In this document: positions 20,011-29,750 of the stretch, one piece after another
How the letters are laid out: each line of letters starts with the position of its first letter
Position numbering within the stretch: position 1 is the first letter of the stretch
Assembly: GCA_943356485.1 (NCBI GenBank)
Contig: CALRFD010000001.1
Coordinates: forward strand, 137,716 to 201,715
Source: Patescibacteria group bacterium
Lineage (GTDB): Bacteria > Patescibacteriota > Microgenomatia > Daviesbacterales > UBA10151
Direction: 5' to 3'
DNA: 64,000 nt
The notes under the pieces: model-generated
Database searches by the model: none
What the model was told of the DNA's origin: nothing
What the model saw: the letters and a program-made list of their open reading frames with translations, nothing else
Translations under genes and position numbers: made by a program

Positions 20011-21810
20011 TTATCCGCCAGTCCCCACCAAATACACTGCCTGCCAGGGTTTATAAAACGACTTCCAAACCTCTTTGGCAATTATTTCCCCATTTCTCGT
20101 AACAGTTCTGGTGAAACTAACATCTGCTCCTCTGGCCGCAAAGTCTACCTGTTTAACTACTCCGCGGGGAAGGGTGGGATCATCTTGTCTTAGATCCGGC
20201 GGTGCAGGGGTAATATTTGTCACCACAGGGGTTGTTAAATTAACAATCCGGTTATCAGGTGCGCCGTAGAGATCAACAAATAAAGTACTGCCATAAGCAT
20301 AGGCCTGGATTAAAATATAATGCTCAGTGTCATTTTTAAATTGAAAATCAACTGATGGGTAAAAAACCGTGGCGTCCAGTCCGGGCGGAAAACCTTGTTC
20401 GTAGTAACCAACCCGGTAAGCATGGGCTACTCTTTTTACAACCGGCAGCCCGGCGTTTAAAACAGCCCGAAAAAGGGTGGTGGAATCCTGACAAACTCCA
20501 CCGCCATCATCTAAAACCGTTCTGCCTTCTTTAATAACATAGGCCTGTTTGAATCCGGTGGCGCCGGAGATGTCTCCCACAGTTTGATTGAAAGAAAAAA
20601 TTTCTCCTGGTGGAATAAGTGTGCCATTTATCTTTGCGGCAGTTAAATTAACATTATAAATTCTATTTGGAATTGATCCAGCAAAGTTGGAAATACCTCT
20701 GCCTAAAAGTTCTTTTATCCCTAAATTATTGACATCAGCTGTTTTGACTTTAGGCTGGACGATATTAACCGGCAGCGCAATTGTTTTGGAGGAGTTATTG
20801 TCAATGGCGCTTAATAAAAGCGGGTAAGTTTTTTCAATATCCAGTTCTTGTCCCTCTGCAGAAGGCCTAAAAGCGCTGACTCTTTTTGTCTGGTCGTTAA
20901 ATTCAAACAAGCCTTCCTGGACTTTTTGGTCTATCTCGGATGCGATCTTTTTAAGATAGGTATTAGTTTGAGTCTTACTTAGCAAAGAGTTATTACTGGT
21001 TTCTAAATCCAAAAGGGTGAGAAGCTGTTTTGCATCCAGGATCCAGACTTTTTCTTCAAAGGTTAATTTTATTGGTTCTTTAATGACATTTTCCAAAGCA
21101 GTCTTTGCTTTTTCGGCCTCATCATTAGTGATTTTTGGCTGAATAATTTTAAGCGGCAGCTGTTGGATTTTAATGTTGGTTTGTAAAAATTTAACCAGAT
21201 TATTTTTCAAAGCCTCCTTGTCTAAACTGGATCCGTCTACCCCGGGTTTAATTTGAATACGGGCAGAGTTAGTTGCATCAGCAGTTGGAGTTTCGTCAAA
21301 AGTAATCTCCGCATTTTGATAAGGTTGGTTAATAACAGTAGAGATTTCTTCAAGTTGTTTATCCAAAGCCAGTTTAATATTCGGATAGATTCTGGTTGGA
21401 GAGAAAATATTTAATAGTTGTTTTTGGATTTTTTCCAAAAAAGAATCAGGGTGCTGGGCTTTAAACGTGTCATAGACTTTTGTATAATCTATTTGAGCAG
21501 ATGAAGTGGCTAGATCAATGGTAAAAATTTGGCTGGAGGAGCTGGCCTCTGCTTTTGAAAACTGCAGCTTTTCCTTTGTTCTTTTATTAAATTTAGCCTC
21601 AAAAGCTCTTATTGCTTCCTCCTCTGTTAGTAAAGAAACATTACTGTCACCAATAAAGGTAAATAAAGAAAATTTATCAAGCAGGATCAGCGGATAACTT
21701 AAAAGCATTAACAGCAGTAAAGTCAAAAAAAGAATAATCGGTAAAAAATTTACCTTAAAAAATTGTATAAGATGTTTTTCCTTCTTTTTAACTTTACCCA
21801 TCGGCGACAT
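20011..21810 (-). CDS. VanW-family membrane-anchored protein.
   Basis: N-terminal transmembrane helix. The C-terminal GGGVCQDSTTLFRAVLNAGLPVVKRVAHAY matches the VanW signature GGGVCQ.STTLY.A.L.AGL. Confidence 0.65.
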   Translation of the reverse strand: MSPMGKVKKKEKHLIQFFKVNFLPIILFLTLLLLMLLSYPLILLDKFSLFTFIGDSNVSLLTEEEAIRAFEAKFNKRTKEKLQFSKAEASSSSQIFTIDLATSSAQIDYTKVYDTFKAQHPDSFLEKIQKQLLNIFSPTRIYPNIKLALDKQLEEISTVINQPYQNAEITFDETPTADATNSARIQIKPGVDGSSLDKEALKNNLVKFLQTNIKIQQLPLKIIQPKITNDEAEKAKTALENVIKEPIKLTFEEKVWILDAKQLLTLLDLETSNNSLLSKTQTNTYLKKIASEIDQKVQEGLFEFNDQTKRVSAFRPSAEGQELDIEKTYPLLLSAIDNNSSKTIALPVNIVQPKVKTADVNNLGIKELLGRGISNFAGSIPNRIYNVNLTAAKINGTLIPPGEIFSFNQTVGDISGATGFKQAYVIKEGRTVLDDGGGVCQDSTTLFRAVLNAGLPVVKRVAHAYRVGYYEQGFPPGLDATVFYPSVDFQFKNDTEHYILIQAYAYGSTLFVDLYGAPDNRIVNLTTPVVTNITPAPPDLRQDDPTLPRGVVKQVDFAARGADVSFTRTVTRNGEIIAKEVWKSFYKPWQAVYLVGTGG

Positions 21811-21830
21811 TGTAGTCTTTTGCGGTATAA

Positions 21831-23171
21831 TTGAAAATACTTATGAAAAAAGTAATAATTGTTGTGTTAAGTTTAAGTGTAGTTTTCGGATTTATTTTCT
21901 GGAAATTTGGTCCAAAGATTTCGCTTTTTAATAAACCAAAAGCCCCGGATCGGATAACTTTAACTTATTGGGGTCTTTGGGAAGATGATAATTTGATCAA
22001 ACCGGTGATTGCCCAGTATCAAAAAGAAAACCCCAATATAACAATAAATTACATTAAATCTTCTTCAATAAATTATCGAACCAGGGTGCAGGCGCAAATT
22101 AAAGACGGGGTGGGGCCGGATGTTTTTAGAATCCATAACAGTTGGCTGGGAATGTTTTTAAAAGATAGTAGTCTTTCATCAGCTCCCGGCGATATCTTTT
22201 CAGTCGCAGATTACAAAAGTTTGTTTTATCCGGTTGCTTTTGATAGTTTTGTTAAAGACAGTCAAATATATGCCGCTCCGATGGAGATAGACGGACTGGC
22301 TCTTTTTTATAATGAAGAGATGTTAAATGCAGTTGGCGGAACCCCGCCGAAAAATTGGCAGGATTTTATTGATTTGGCTGTGAAGATGACTGTGAAAGAT
22401 CAATCAGGGGTTAAAACCGCCGGGGCGGCAATGGGAGCAACTGGAAACGTTGATCATTGGTCTGATATCTTGGGACTGCTTTTACTTCAGCAGCCGGGGG
22501 TTGATCTAACCAATGTCGCTACTCCGGCAGTGGCTGAGATTATAAAATTTTACACCGGATTTATCACTGATCCAAAAAGAAAAACCTGGGATAAAAATTT
22601 GCCTTCCTCGACAGAGATGTTTGCTACCAATCGCTTAGGTTTTTATTTTGCCCCTTCCTGGAGAGCGCATGATTTAAGGATCAGTAATCCTAATTTAAAA
22701 TTTAAAGTTATTCCAGTTCCGCAATTACCGGGCAAGCAGGTTGCCTGGGCTAGCTTTTGGGGCGAGGCAGTATCCAGCAAAAGTCAAAATCCAATCGAAG
22801 CCTGGAAGTTTGTGAAATATTTAACCTCGCAACAGACGGAAAGGCTAGCTTATCAGCAAGCCGCACAGATCAGGCTTTTTGGCGAGCCATATTCTTTAAC
22901 TGCCCTGACCCCGGAGATTGCCTCTGATCCGATTGTTGGGGCGTTTGTTGCGCAAGGTCCGGTGTATAAATTTTGGTATTTGGCTTCCAATACGCTGGAT
23001 AATGGCATCAACGATGAGATGATTAAATACTGGGAAGATGGGATTAATGCCACTCTGGCAGGAGTTGATTCGATGACTGCTTTACAAACAGTAAATCAGG
23101 GGGTAAAGCAGGTAATAGAAAAGTATACAAAACCAACTATACAGGCATCTCCTAAACAAGGAATTAATTGA
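21831..23171 (+). CDS. ABC transporter extracellular solute-binding protein (family 1, sugar-type).
   Basis: Signal/transmembrane anchor, then ITLTYWGLWEDDN...YQKENPNITINY typical of SBP_bac_1. No cognate permease nearby. Confidence 0.65.
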   Translation: MKILMKKVIIVVLSLSVVFGFIFWKFGPKISLFNKPKAPDRITLTYWGLWEDDNLIKPVIAQYQKENPNITINYIKSSSINYRTRVQAQIKDGVGPDVFRIHNSWLGMFLKDSSLSSAPGDIFSVADYKSLFYPVAFDSFVKDSQIYAAPMEIDGLALFYNEEMLNAVGGTPPKNWQDFIDLAVKMTVKDQSGVKTAGAAMGATGNVDHWSDILGLLLLQQPGVDLTNVATPAVAEIIKFYTGFITDPKRKTWDKNLPSSTEMFATNRLGFYFAPSWRAHDLRISNPNLKFKVIPVPQLPGKQVAWASFWGEAVSSKSQNPIEAWKFVKYLTSQQTERLAYQQAAQIRLFGEPYSLTALTPEIASDPIVGAFVAQGPVYKFWYLASNTLDNGINDEMIKYWEDGINATLAGVDSMTALQTVNQGVKQVIEKYTKPTIQASPKQGIN

Positions 23172-23177
23172 GTCTCT

Positions 23178-23243
23178 TCCCACCCTTCGGGTGGTTTAGC
23201 CCACCTTGCCGGTGAGGCAGACTTCGCACCTATTCTTTTTTGG
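23178..23243 (+). repeat. Copy A of a ~66-bp two-hairpin + U-tract element, about 90% identical to 59471-59536.
   Basis: CCACCCttcgGGTGG (UUCG tetraloop hairpin), TTGCCggtgaGGCAG hairpin, then CTTTTTTGG. Confidence 0.7.
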
Positions 23244-23436
23244 GAAATAGGATAGAAAACTATCTCACCTTGGGGGTCTTAGACTCTTAAGGGAGAGCCG
23301 ATTCGGCTGAGCTCATGGCCTAAGCCCTCAGGCTCAGACTCAAGTGAGGTGTAGAATACCTGCCGGCAGGCAAGATACAATCATGCGAACTGATTGTATC
23401 AAGCACGGAATAACATTTTGAAATAAGCTCTAAATT

Positions 23437-24225
23437 CTAATTGGTAGAAGAGATCTTTTTCCAAGCGTTATCATCAGTGCTATGCCTATAAACTCTGGTT
23501 TTTTTATCAAGTCCAGGCAATAAACTATATGCTTTGGTTTTAAGTCTTACAGAAAGCCCCTCATGATTTTCTATATATTGTTTTATTCTTCTATTATGGG
23601 CATGTGGAGCAATATAAAGAGTTTCTGAATCAGGTGATTCCTGTGCTGACTGAATAAGTGCTTTTGCTGTGATGAGCCTTCTTGCATTGTTCAGATCTAT
23701 AAAAAGTGACTCATATTTAGAAGGATAGTTAGACTCATTTAGATATGTTCCCGTGAATGTATAACAAGCAGCTAAGGCGAGAAAAGATGATAAATATAGT
23801 GCGTAGTGTGATGACAATATTAGACTACTGCCTAAAATACATGGTCCGAACCACATTCTTAGCGAGAAATTATAAAGTTCATAAAGAGGTTTATTTGCAA
23901 TATCTGTAATCGCAACATCTTTCTTGTAACGGACTGCAAGGGAGGCTACTTCGTTAAAGAAACTATTTATTCCAGAATAATCGCCAACTTCTTGCGCTAA
24001 CCTACCTATAAATCTCGAATTATAAGCTGTTGTTTCCAACTCAGGTGGAAAATATTCGACAAACACCAAAGAGCTATTTTGTATTTGAGATGCTATCTCT
24101 GGCCAGGGATTCTGGGTAGGTGTTTTGTTAGGCATATGGTCACAAGAGAGGAGGTGTATATTACTTGAGCCGAATTTTATTGTATCTAGATTTAAGGCAT
24201 ACGGATCTTGAGCTAATTCTGTCAT
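23437..24225 (-). CDS. Hypothetical protein (262 aa).
   Basis: ORF only; hydrophobic middle segment. Confidence 0.4.
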   Translation of the reverse strand: MTELAQDPYALNLDTIKFGSSNIHLLSCDHMPNKTPTQNPWPEIASQIQNSSLVFVEYFPPELETTAYNSRFIGRLAQEVGDYSGINSFFNEVASLAVRYKKDVAITDIANKPLYELYNFSLRMWFGPCILGSSLILSSHYALYLSSFLALAACYTFTGTYLNESNYPSKYESLFIDLNNARRLITAKALIQSAQESPDSETLYIAPHAHNRRIKQYIENHEGLSVRLKTKAYSLLPGLDKKTRVYRHSTDDNAWKKISSTN

Positions 24226-24324
24226 AGCCAGCGATTATATATCAGGTCGCTTAAAATATCAAACTATAAGGTTATTAAAATAATCCACTTTCCCTCCCCC
24301 CCCAGACTCTCTTTTCCCGCTAGC

Positions 24325-25467
24325 TCATTCAGAAGCAAATAAACTCATGAGCTTTTTAAAAGCGGCATCTGTTCTACTAAATGGGCTCTCAATTATAGGG
24401 ATGCCCTGAGGGTAATACTTATAGTTAGGGTGATATGTCATTTGTTGTAGGAAAGGGTTGGTGACTGAATGAGTTAAAAAGAATCCAGATAATTCCCCAG
24501 GAGTAAAAATAGCTACCTCTAATTTTGGAACCTGTATTGAACGATCAAATTCCAGGTATGGAGTATTTGTAATCTCAATTCTTTGTACTGAAGACTGCCT
24601 AAAACCTGTTAGCGTTAATTTCTCTCTTTCTTGCTTATTACTATCCCACACTCTCCCTCTTTCAAAACGTGTAGCTTGTCTTTCGGCCAGTAAGCGAACA
24701 ACCTCTAATTTTAGCGCATTCAGACTTGGAGCACTCCTTTTATCAAGTTCCATTGCAGTAGGTAAGGCTCTCCATAACTGGCGTGCAAGCCTGGCTATTG
24801 GTGGCATATTGTACCTATCTAATATAGGTAACTCTGCCAGAAGAGAAGGATAGCTGTCCCAATTAAAACCGATCTCTTCTGCATTAGGCTTACCCATTTC
24901 TTTTTTTGGAGCGCTTAAGTATTTAACTAGCTCATATCCAGCCGCGATAAATCGAGCTCTTTCCATATATAAAAGGCGTTGGGGATTCTGATTTTGTGTT
25001 CCAATATAAAGACGGATTGCATCACTTTGATTTCCTGAAGAAGGAGTACAAGTAATACTAAGATCAAGATTAGGCTCGCCTGTTGTTCTAAATCGCAGCG
25101 TAGGATCTAACTGCAGCTTGTTTTGTGTCTTTGAACCAGGCCAAAAAGTTAATTTTACCTTTCTCCCGGATCGAAGTCCTTGCAAATTTTCACTCAGATT
25201 AACTGCCTCTATTCCTGTATCTGGGTTAACTTCCTCTGACTTATTGAGATCAAATTGTTTATATAATAATTGCGCAAGAAAGTCTCCTGTGCTTTCTCTT
25301 TGCTCTCTAGTAATTGGTAGAGGTAAGCCTTGGAATCTTGATACAATAGCCGAATTTAAATCATAACATATCCCTCTCAAATCTCTTTGAGCTTGAGATA
25401 AACCGTGATATGCGCTATTTGCTAGCGGTCCTATTAAATAATGCGCTGCTTCTCTTGGATAAGCCAT
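24325..25467 (-). CDS. Hypothetical protein (380 aa).
   Basis: ORF only. Confidence 0.4.
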   Translation of the reverse strand: MAYPREAAHYLIGPLANSAYHGLSQAQRDLRGICYDLNSAIVSRFQGLPLPITREQRESTGDFLAQLLYKQFDLNKSEEVNPDTGIEAVNLSENLQGLRSGRKVKLTFWPGSKTQNKLQLDPTLRFRTTGEPNLDLSITCTPSSGNQSDAIRLYIGTQNQNPQRLLYMERARFIAAGYELVKYLSAPKKEMGKPNAEEIGFNWDSYPSLLAELPILDRYNMPPIARLARQLWRALPTAMELDKRSAPSLNALKLEVVRLLAERQATRFERGRVWDSNKQEREKLTLTGFRQSSVQRIEITNTPYLEFDRSIQVPKLEVAIFTPGELSGFFLTHSVTNPFLQQMTYHPNYKYYPQGIPIIESPFSRTDAAFKKLMSLFASE

Positions 25468-25578
25468 ATTATTTCTACGATCAAATGATACGTTATTATA
25501 TAGTTGTTCTACTTATTTATCAAGGTACTACCACTTCACCTAAAGACCTGAATAAAAGCTTGTCTTTTGTAACTCGAT

Positions 25579-26223
25579 ATGCTAATTTGGCGGCAGAAGA
25601 AAAAAATGAGTGGATTTATTGAAGGAAGTCCAGAAATATTTTTAGCAACTTTTGCTGAGAAAATTCAACACAGCAGACCCTTGTTTGATACACTTAAAAA
25701 ATTTAGTGATCCCATAACTTATAGAGCTTCCGTGAGGACATCTTTATGGACAGAGGGCTCGCCTGATTTTGTACTAATCGCCAGACCTAAGGATCCAAAA
25801 GTTAGCGATTTAAGGATAAGACTTCATCCGGATTTACTGGGGCCTAAGATGGAAATGTTAGTTGAAGATCTAAAACAACCTATCAATAAAACTTGTCTGG
25901 AATTACAGTTAGGATGGGACAATATCGGTTCTCCTGATACAAAAACTGGCGGCTGGAAAAAAGATTTTATAGCTAGTTTAGAAATCCCAAACCTCAACAC
26001 ATTATCTGTGCAAGGAGAGTGGATCTTAAGAGTTAGTAGATATTTTCTTAAGGCTAGTAAGGAATATCTTAAAGAAACTGATCCTCAAGCGAGAGCCCAA
26101 ACATTAGAGCAGTTAGACGAAGAATTAGATTTGGCCAGCAGGCGATGTTTAGCGGTATTAAAGGAAAGAGGTTTTGCATATCCTTCGGTACCTTCAGCAA
26201 CTGAATATCTCACCAGGGGATAA
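25579..26223 (+). CDS. Hypothetical protein (214 aa).
   Basis: ORF only; divergent from the 24325..25467 ORF. Confidence 0.4.
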   Translation: MLIWRQKKKMSGFIEGSPEIFLATFAEKIQHSRPLFDTLKKFSDPITYRASVRTSLWTEGSPDFVLIARPKDPKVSDLRIRLHPDLLGPKMEMLVEDLKQPINKTCLELQLGWDNIGSPDTKTGGWKKDFIASLEIPNLNTLSVQGEWILRVSRYFLKASKEYLKETDPQARAQTLEQLDEELDLASRRCLAVLKERGFAYPSVPSATEYLTRG

Positions 26224-26318
26224 ATGACTAACTACCAACCCCAGGGGTTGAATAGCTTTGAACCCAAGGATTTCTTGAACAAAAACAAGATAGAATTTTC
26301 CGACCCTACAGGAGACCC

Positions 26319-26347
26319 TTGACATAAAACCTTTAAAAAAGTAAAGT
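26319..26347 (+). promoter_or_regulatory. Sigma70-like promoter TTGACA-17-TAAAGT, giving a near-leaderless transcript for the acyl-CoA synthetase gene.
   Basis: TTGACA at 26319-26324 and TAAAGT at 26342-26347; ATG at 26359. Confidence 0.45.
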
Positions 26348-26358
26348 ATTTAAGCTAG

Positions 26359-27918
26359 ATGTTAACTCCAGAATTGTTAAACATTCCTGCTGCAATTTGT
26401 CCTGATCGCAGCGCGGTCATTTTTGAAGGTTCCCACCAATCTTTTGCCCAGTTAGATCAACGTTCTTCAAAATTAGCAGAATCACTCTTGCGCCAGGGTA
26501 TAAAATACGGAGATAGAGTGGCGATGCTGGAAGTAAATACTCCAAAAGTAGTTGAAGCTTATTTTGCCTGCGCCAAAATTGGGGCTGCTTTTGTTCCGCT
26601 GGATTTCCGGGCCAGGCAGGATGAGCTTAAATATAGATTAGAAGATTCAGGTGCGCAAGCTATTTTTTTGGGTGAGAGATATCTTCCTATGGCTGCTGCC
26701 TTAGGATCGAATAGAAAAATTATCTCCCTGGTCGCAGCTGCTAATCCTGAGATGTTAGGGATAGATAGCCTAATTGAAAATGGCAGAGAAGATAATCTTC
26801 CGGATACACCGGGTGATGAATCAGACATGAGCGTTTTAATGTATACCTCGGGCACAACAGGTGTTGCTAAAGGGGTGATGCTTTCCCATCAAAGTTTTAC
26901 GGAGTATTCGTTAAATAATGTTGATCCGGCAGATCCGGAAAAGCAAGAAAGTAATATTTTAACAGTGCCGCTTTTCCATATTGCCGGGATGCAGGCTATG
27001 ATGGCAGCGGTTTGGGGTGGTAGAACTTCAGTGCTGCAAAGACAATTTGAGCCGGTGGAGTGGATGAGGTTGGTGCAAGAGCACCGGGTTGACCGGGCGA
27101 TGATGGTGCCAACCATGCTTAAGATGTTAATGGATCATGCTGATTTTTCAAAGTATGACTTAGACAGTTTAAAAGTTATCACCTACGGTGCTGCTCCAAT
27201 GCCTTTTGAGGTGATAAAAAAAGCAATTGAACTATTTCCAAGCGCAGGTTTTATCAATGCTTTTGGCCAGACAGAATCCGGGGCTACTATCACCATGCTT
27301 GGGGTGGAGGATCATAAATTAGTGGGTTCCCCCGAAGAAGTTGCCAAAAAGTTGAAAAGATTAAGCTCAGCCGGCAAGGCTTTGCCTGGTGTAGAAATCA
27401 GGATTAAGGATCCGGATGGAAAAGATCAACCTGTATTTGAAAACGGTGAGATAGTGGTCAGGACGAAAAGAGCTATGAAAGGATATCTGGGAAAGCAGGA
27501 GGCAACTGCGGAGACAATTGATCCGGAAGGTTTTTTGCATACAGGAGATGCAGGTTATCTGGATGAAGAAGGTTATCTGTTTATCTCCGGTCGGATGAGG
27601 GATACGATCAAAAGAGGGGGAGAGTTTGTTCCACCGGCAGAGGTAGAGGATACTTTGATGTCTCATCCCTCTATTGCCGATGCAGCGATTATCGGTGTGC
27701 CTGATGATACCTGGGGTGAGACGATCAGGGCAGTAGTAGTGCTAAATCCCGGACAAAGCGTGACTTTAGAGGAGTTACGCAGCTTTGGCAGACAAAGAAT
27801 GGCAACGTATAAACTGCCGGACTCTTTGGTTATAGTTGATGAATTGCCAAGAAATCCAATGGGAAAAGTGCTAAAAGCTGAGCTTAAAAAAGTATACGGT
27901 CAAGCAGGAGGCAAATGA
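26359..27918 (+). CDS. AMP-dependent synthetase/ligase (acyl-CoA synthetase family).
   Basis: AMP-binding motif YTSGTTGVAKGVMLSH, plus TGDAGYLDEEGYLFISGR and the C-terminal K in PRNPMGKVLK. Confidence 0.85.
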   Translation: MLTPELLNIPAAICPDRSAVIFEGSHQSFAQLDQRSSKLAESLLRQGIKYGDRVAMLEVNTPKVVEAYFACAKIGAAFVPLDFRARQDELKYRLEDSGAQAIFLGERYLPMAAALGSNRKIISLVAAANPEMLGIDSLIENGREDNLPDTPGDESDMSVLMYTSGTTGVAKGVMLSHQSFTEYSLNNVDPADPEKQESNILTVPLFHIAGMQAMMAAVWGGRTSVLQRQFEPVEWMRLVQEHRVDRAMMVPTMLKMLMDHADFSKYDLDSLKVITYGAAPMPFEVIKKAIELFPSAGFINAFGQTESGATITMLGVEDHKLVGSPEEVAKKLKRLSSAGKALPGVEIRIKDPDGKDQPVFENGEIVVRTKRAMKGYLGKQEATAETIDPEGFLHTGDAGYLDEEGYLFISGRMRDTIKRGGEFVPPAEVEDTLMSHPSIADAAIIGVPDDTWGETIRAVVVLNPGQSVTLEELRSFGRQRMATYKLPDSLVIVDELPRNPMGKVLKAELKKVYGQAGGK

Positions 27919-27922
27919 ATTT

Positions 27923-28102
27923 ATGGCAGAAAGATTAGAAAATATAGGTTCTCGTTTTAAAGATGCTGTACAGAGATTTGGTTCTGAGGATGCTTTAGCA
28001 AAGCATCTGCGTTCTTTACCGGAAGCAGTTGCACTAAGAAAGACACATGCTCAGGAGAGGCGTAATATAGGAGAAGAATTAAAGAGGCTTGGTCTTAAGT
28101 GA
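27923..28102 (+). CDS. Possible small ORF (59 aa), MAERLENIGSRFKDAVQRF...
   Basis: Fills the gap between the acyl-CoA synthetase and murB exactly. Below the track cutoff. No homology recognised. Confidence 0.2.
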   Translation: MAERLENIGSRFKDAVQRFGSEDALAKHLRSLPEAVALRKTHAQERRNIGEELKRLGLK

Positions 28103-29026
28103 TCAAATTTTTGGCAGGTTAATTAACTGCACTTCCGGCTCGAGGGTAATCCCAAATTTTTCTTTAACCAACTCTGCATATTTTTTGGCTAATTTATAAA
28201 AATCTTCGGCAGTACCCCTACCTTTATTAATAAATAAATTGGCATGATACGGGGCGATCTCAATATCACCCAGAGTTGCGCCTTTGGCGCCTACACTTTC
28301 CAACAAGGATCCGGCAGGTAGTTTCCCGTAGACAATCTTATCTTTTAACTTTTCGGCAATCTCCTGCGGTAAGGTGCTGGCAACTATGTTTTTGAAAAAA
28401 GACCCCGGACATTTAATCCCCGTTGGATATTTTACAAGTCTTTTTTCCAAAATTTCCTGGGACTGAGTACTAAGTAACTCTTCGGTTGAGGGTTCTAATT
28501 CAAAAGATATTTCAAGAATAGTGTAGTGATTTTTTTTAAATTCTGAGTACCTGTAATCAAAGGAGCATTCATCCCTGGTGAAGTTTTCTTCATTGTTGCC
28601 ATTGAAGGCTGTAATTTGTATCAGATGCTCAGAGATGGTTTGGCCATACGCTCCGGCGTTGCCATAAACTGCACCGCCGACGGTACCTGGGATACCGCTT
28701 AAATTTTGTAATCCGGAAAGCCCAAGCTGGATTGAATAGTTGATCAAATCCTTAAGGATCGTACCGGATTTTACTTTTAAAATATTTCCCTCCTGCTGGA
28801 TTCCAGAAAATTTATTTTGAATGATTAATTTATTAACGCCGCTATCTGAAATCAGTAGATTACTTCCGCCGCCAACAACTAAAAATTCTAAATTATTATC
28901 CCGGGCAAATTTTATTGCCTCAATTAATTCATCCAAATTTTCAACAGCCACAAATTTTTTGGCTGATCCGCCAATCTTTAGGGTTGTAATATTTGCCAAG
29001 GAATAGTTATTTTTAATATCTAACAT
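28103..29026 (-). CDS. murB: UDP-N-acetylenolpyruvoylglucosamine reductase MurB.
   Basis: FAD-binding PCMH segment FLVVGGGSNLLISDSG, then GIPGTVGGAVYGNAGAYG. The start was taken at the internal MLDIKNN to avoid overlap with the upstream gene; the track ORF extends to 29116. Confidence 0.8.
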   Translation of the reverse strand: MLDIKNNYSLANITTLKIGGSAKKFVAVENLDELIEAIKFARDNNLEFLVVGGGSNLLISDSGVNKLIIQNKFSGIQQEGNILKVKSGTILKDLINYSIQLGLSGLQNLSGIPGTVGGAVYGNAGAYGQTISEHLIQITAFNGNNEENFTRDECSFDYRYSEFKKNHYTILEISFELEPSTEELLSTQSQEILEKRLVKYPTGIKCPGSFFKNIVASTLPQEIAEKLKDKIVYGKLPAGSLLESVGAKGATLGDIEIAPYHANLFINKGRGTAEDFYKLAKKYAELVKEKFGITLEPEVQLINLPKI

Positions 29027-29030
29027 ATAG

Positions 29031-29675
29031 TCATCCTGAAAAACCGTTAGAACTGTCAGCCAGATGAGAGATATCGTTCCAGGTAATAAGTTTCCAATCG
29101 TTATCTTTATATTCACAAAGGGTTAAGCCGCTGGTCTCAAGAAAAAAGAATTTATATGCCCTTAACAAAACACTGGCTGTTAGCTTTTCACCCAACATCA
29201 TTGTTAAAACAACTGCCTGTATAAAAACCATGTGTGTTACAACCAGCACCTGTTGCTGTTTAAGGGACTGAAGGTAAGTTATAAAGACAAAAGCTCTTTT
29301 TCTCAAATCATAAAAATTTTCTTCATCAGAAAAATGCCAGTTAGGTAAATGAAAATGTTTATCAAGTTGTTTTTTTATTTTTATAATGTCCGGATCGTAT
29401 CTGTTTTTTCCGGAGATTTCTGTGGGTCTTCTGATCTCTACAGCTAAGTCGTTATAGATGACTTTTTTGTTTAAATTTTTGTTTATAATATTCGTTGTCT
29501 GAACAGTTCTTTTATATGGACTGGAAATAATCAGTTCAATAGGCAAAGTTTTTATTCTTTTCCCGGCGAATTTTGCCTGTTGCATACCTTTATCGGTTAA
29601 GGGAGCCTCAGGGTAAGAATATAAATGGTTGGCATTATGCACTCCTTCCCCGTGTCTAACAAAATAAACTTTCAT
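29031..29675 (-). CDS. Histidine phosphatase superfamily protein (second paralogue).
   Basis: MKVYFVRHGEGVHN (RHG motif) and LVVTHMVFIQAV. Confidence 0.65.
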   Translation of the reverse strand: MKVYFVRHGEGVHNANHLYSYPEAPLTDKGMQQAKFAGKRIKTLPIELIISSPYKRTVQTTNIINKNLNKKVIYNDLAVEIRRPTEISGKNRYDPDIIKIKKQLDKHFHLPNWHFSDEENFYDLRKRAFVFITYLQSLKQQQVLVVTHMVFIQAVVLTMMLGEKLTASVLLRAYKFFFLETSGLTLCEYKDNDWKLITWNDISHLADSSNGFSG

Positions 29676-29750
29676 GAGGGTTATTATACCTCTTTTTAGG
29701 ATTGGTGATTATACAATGCAGAAAATCTTAAGTTATGCTAAATTAGCCTC

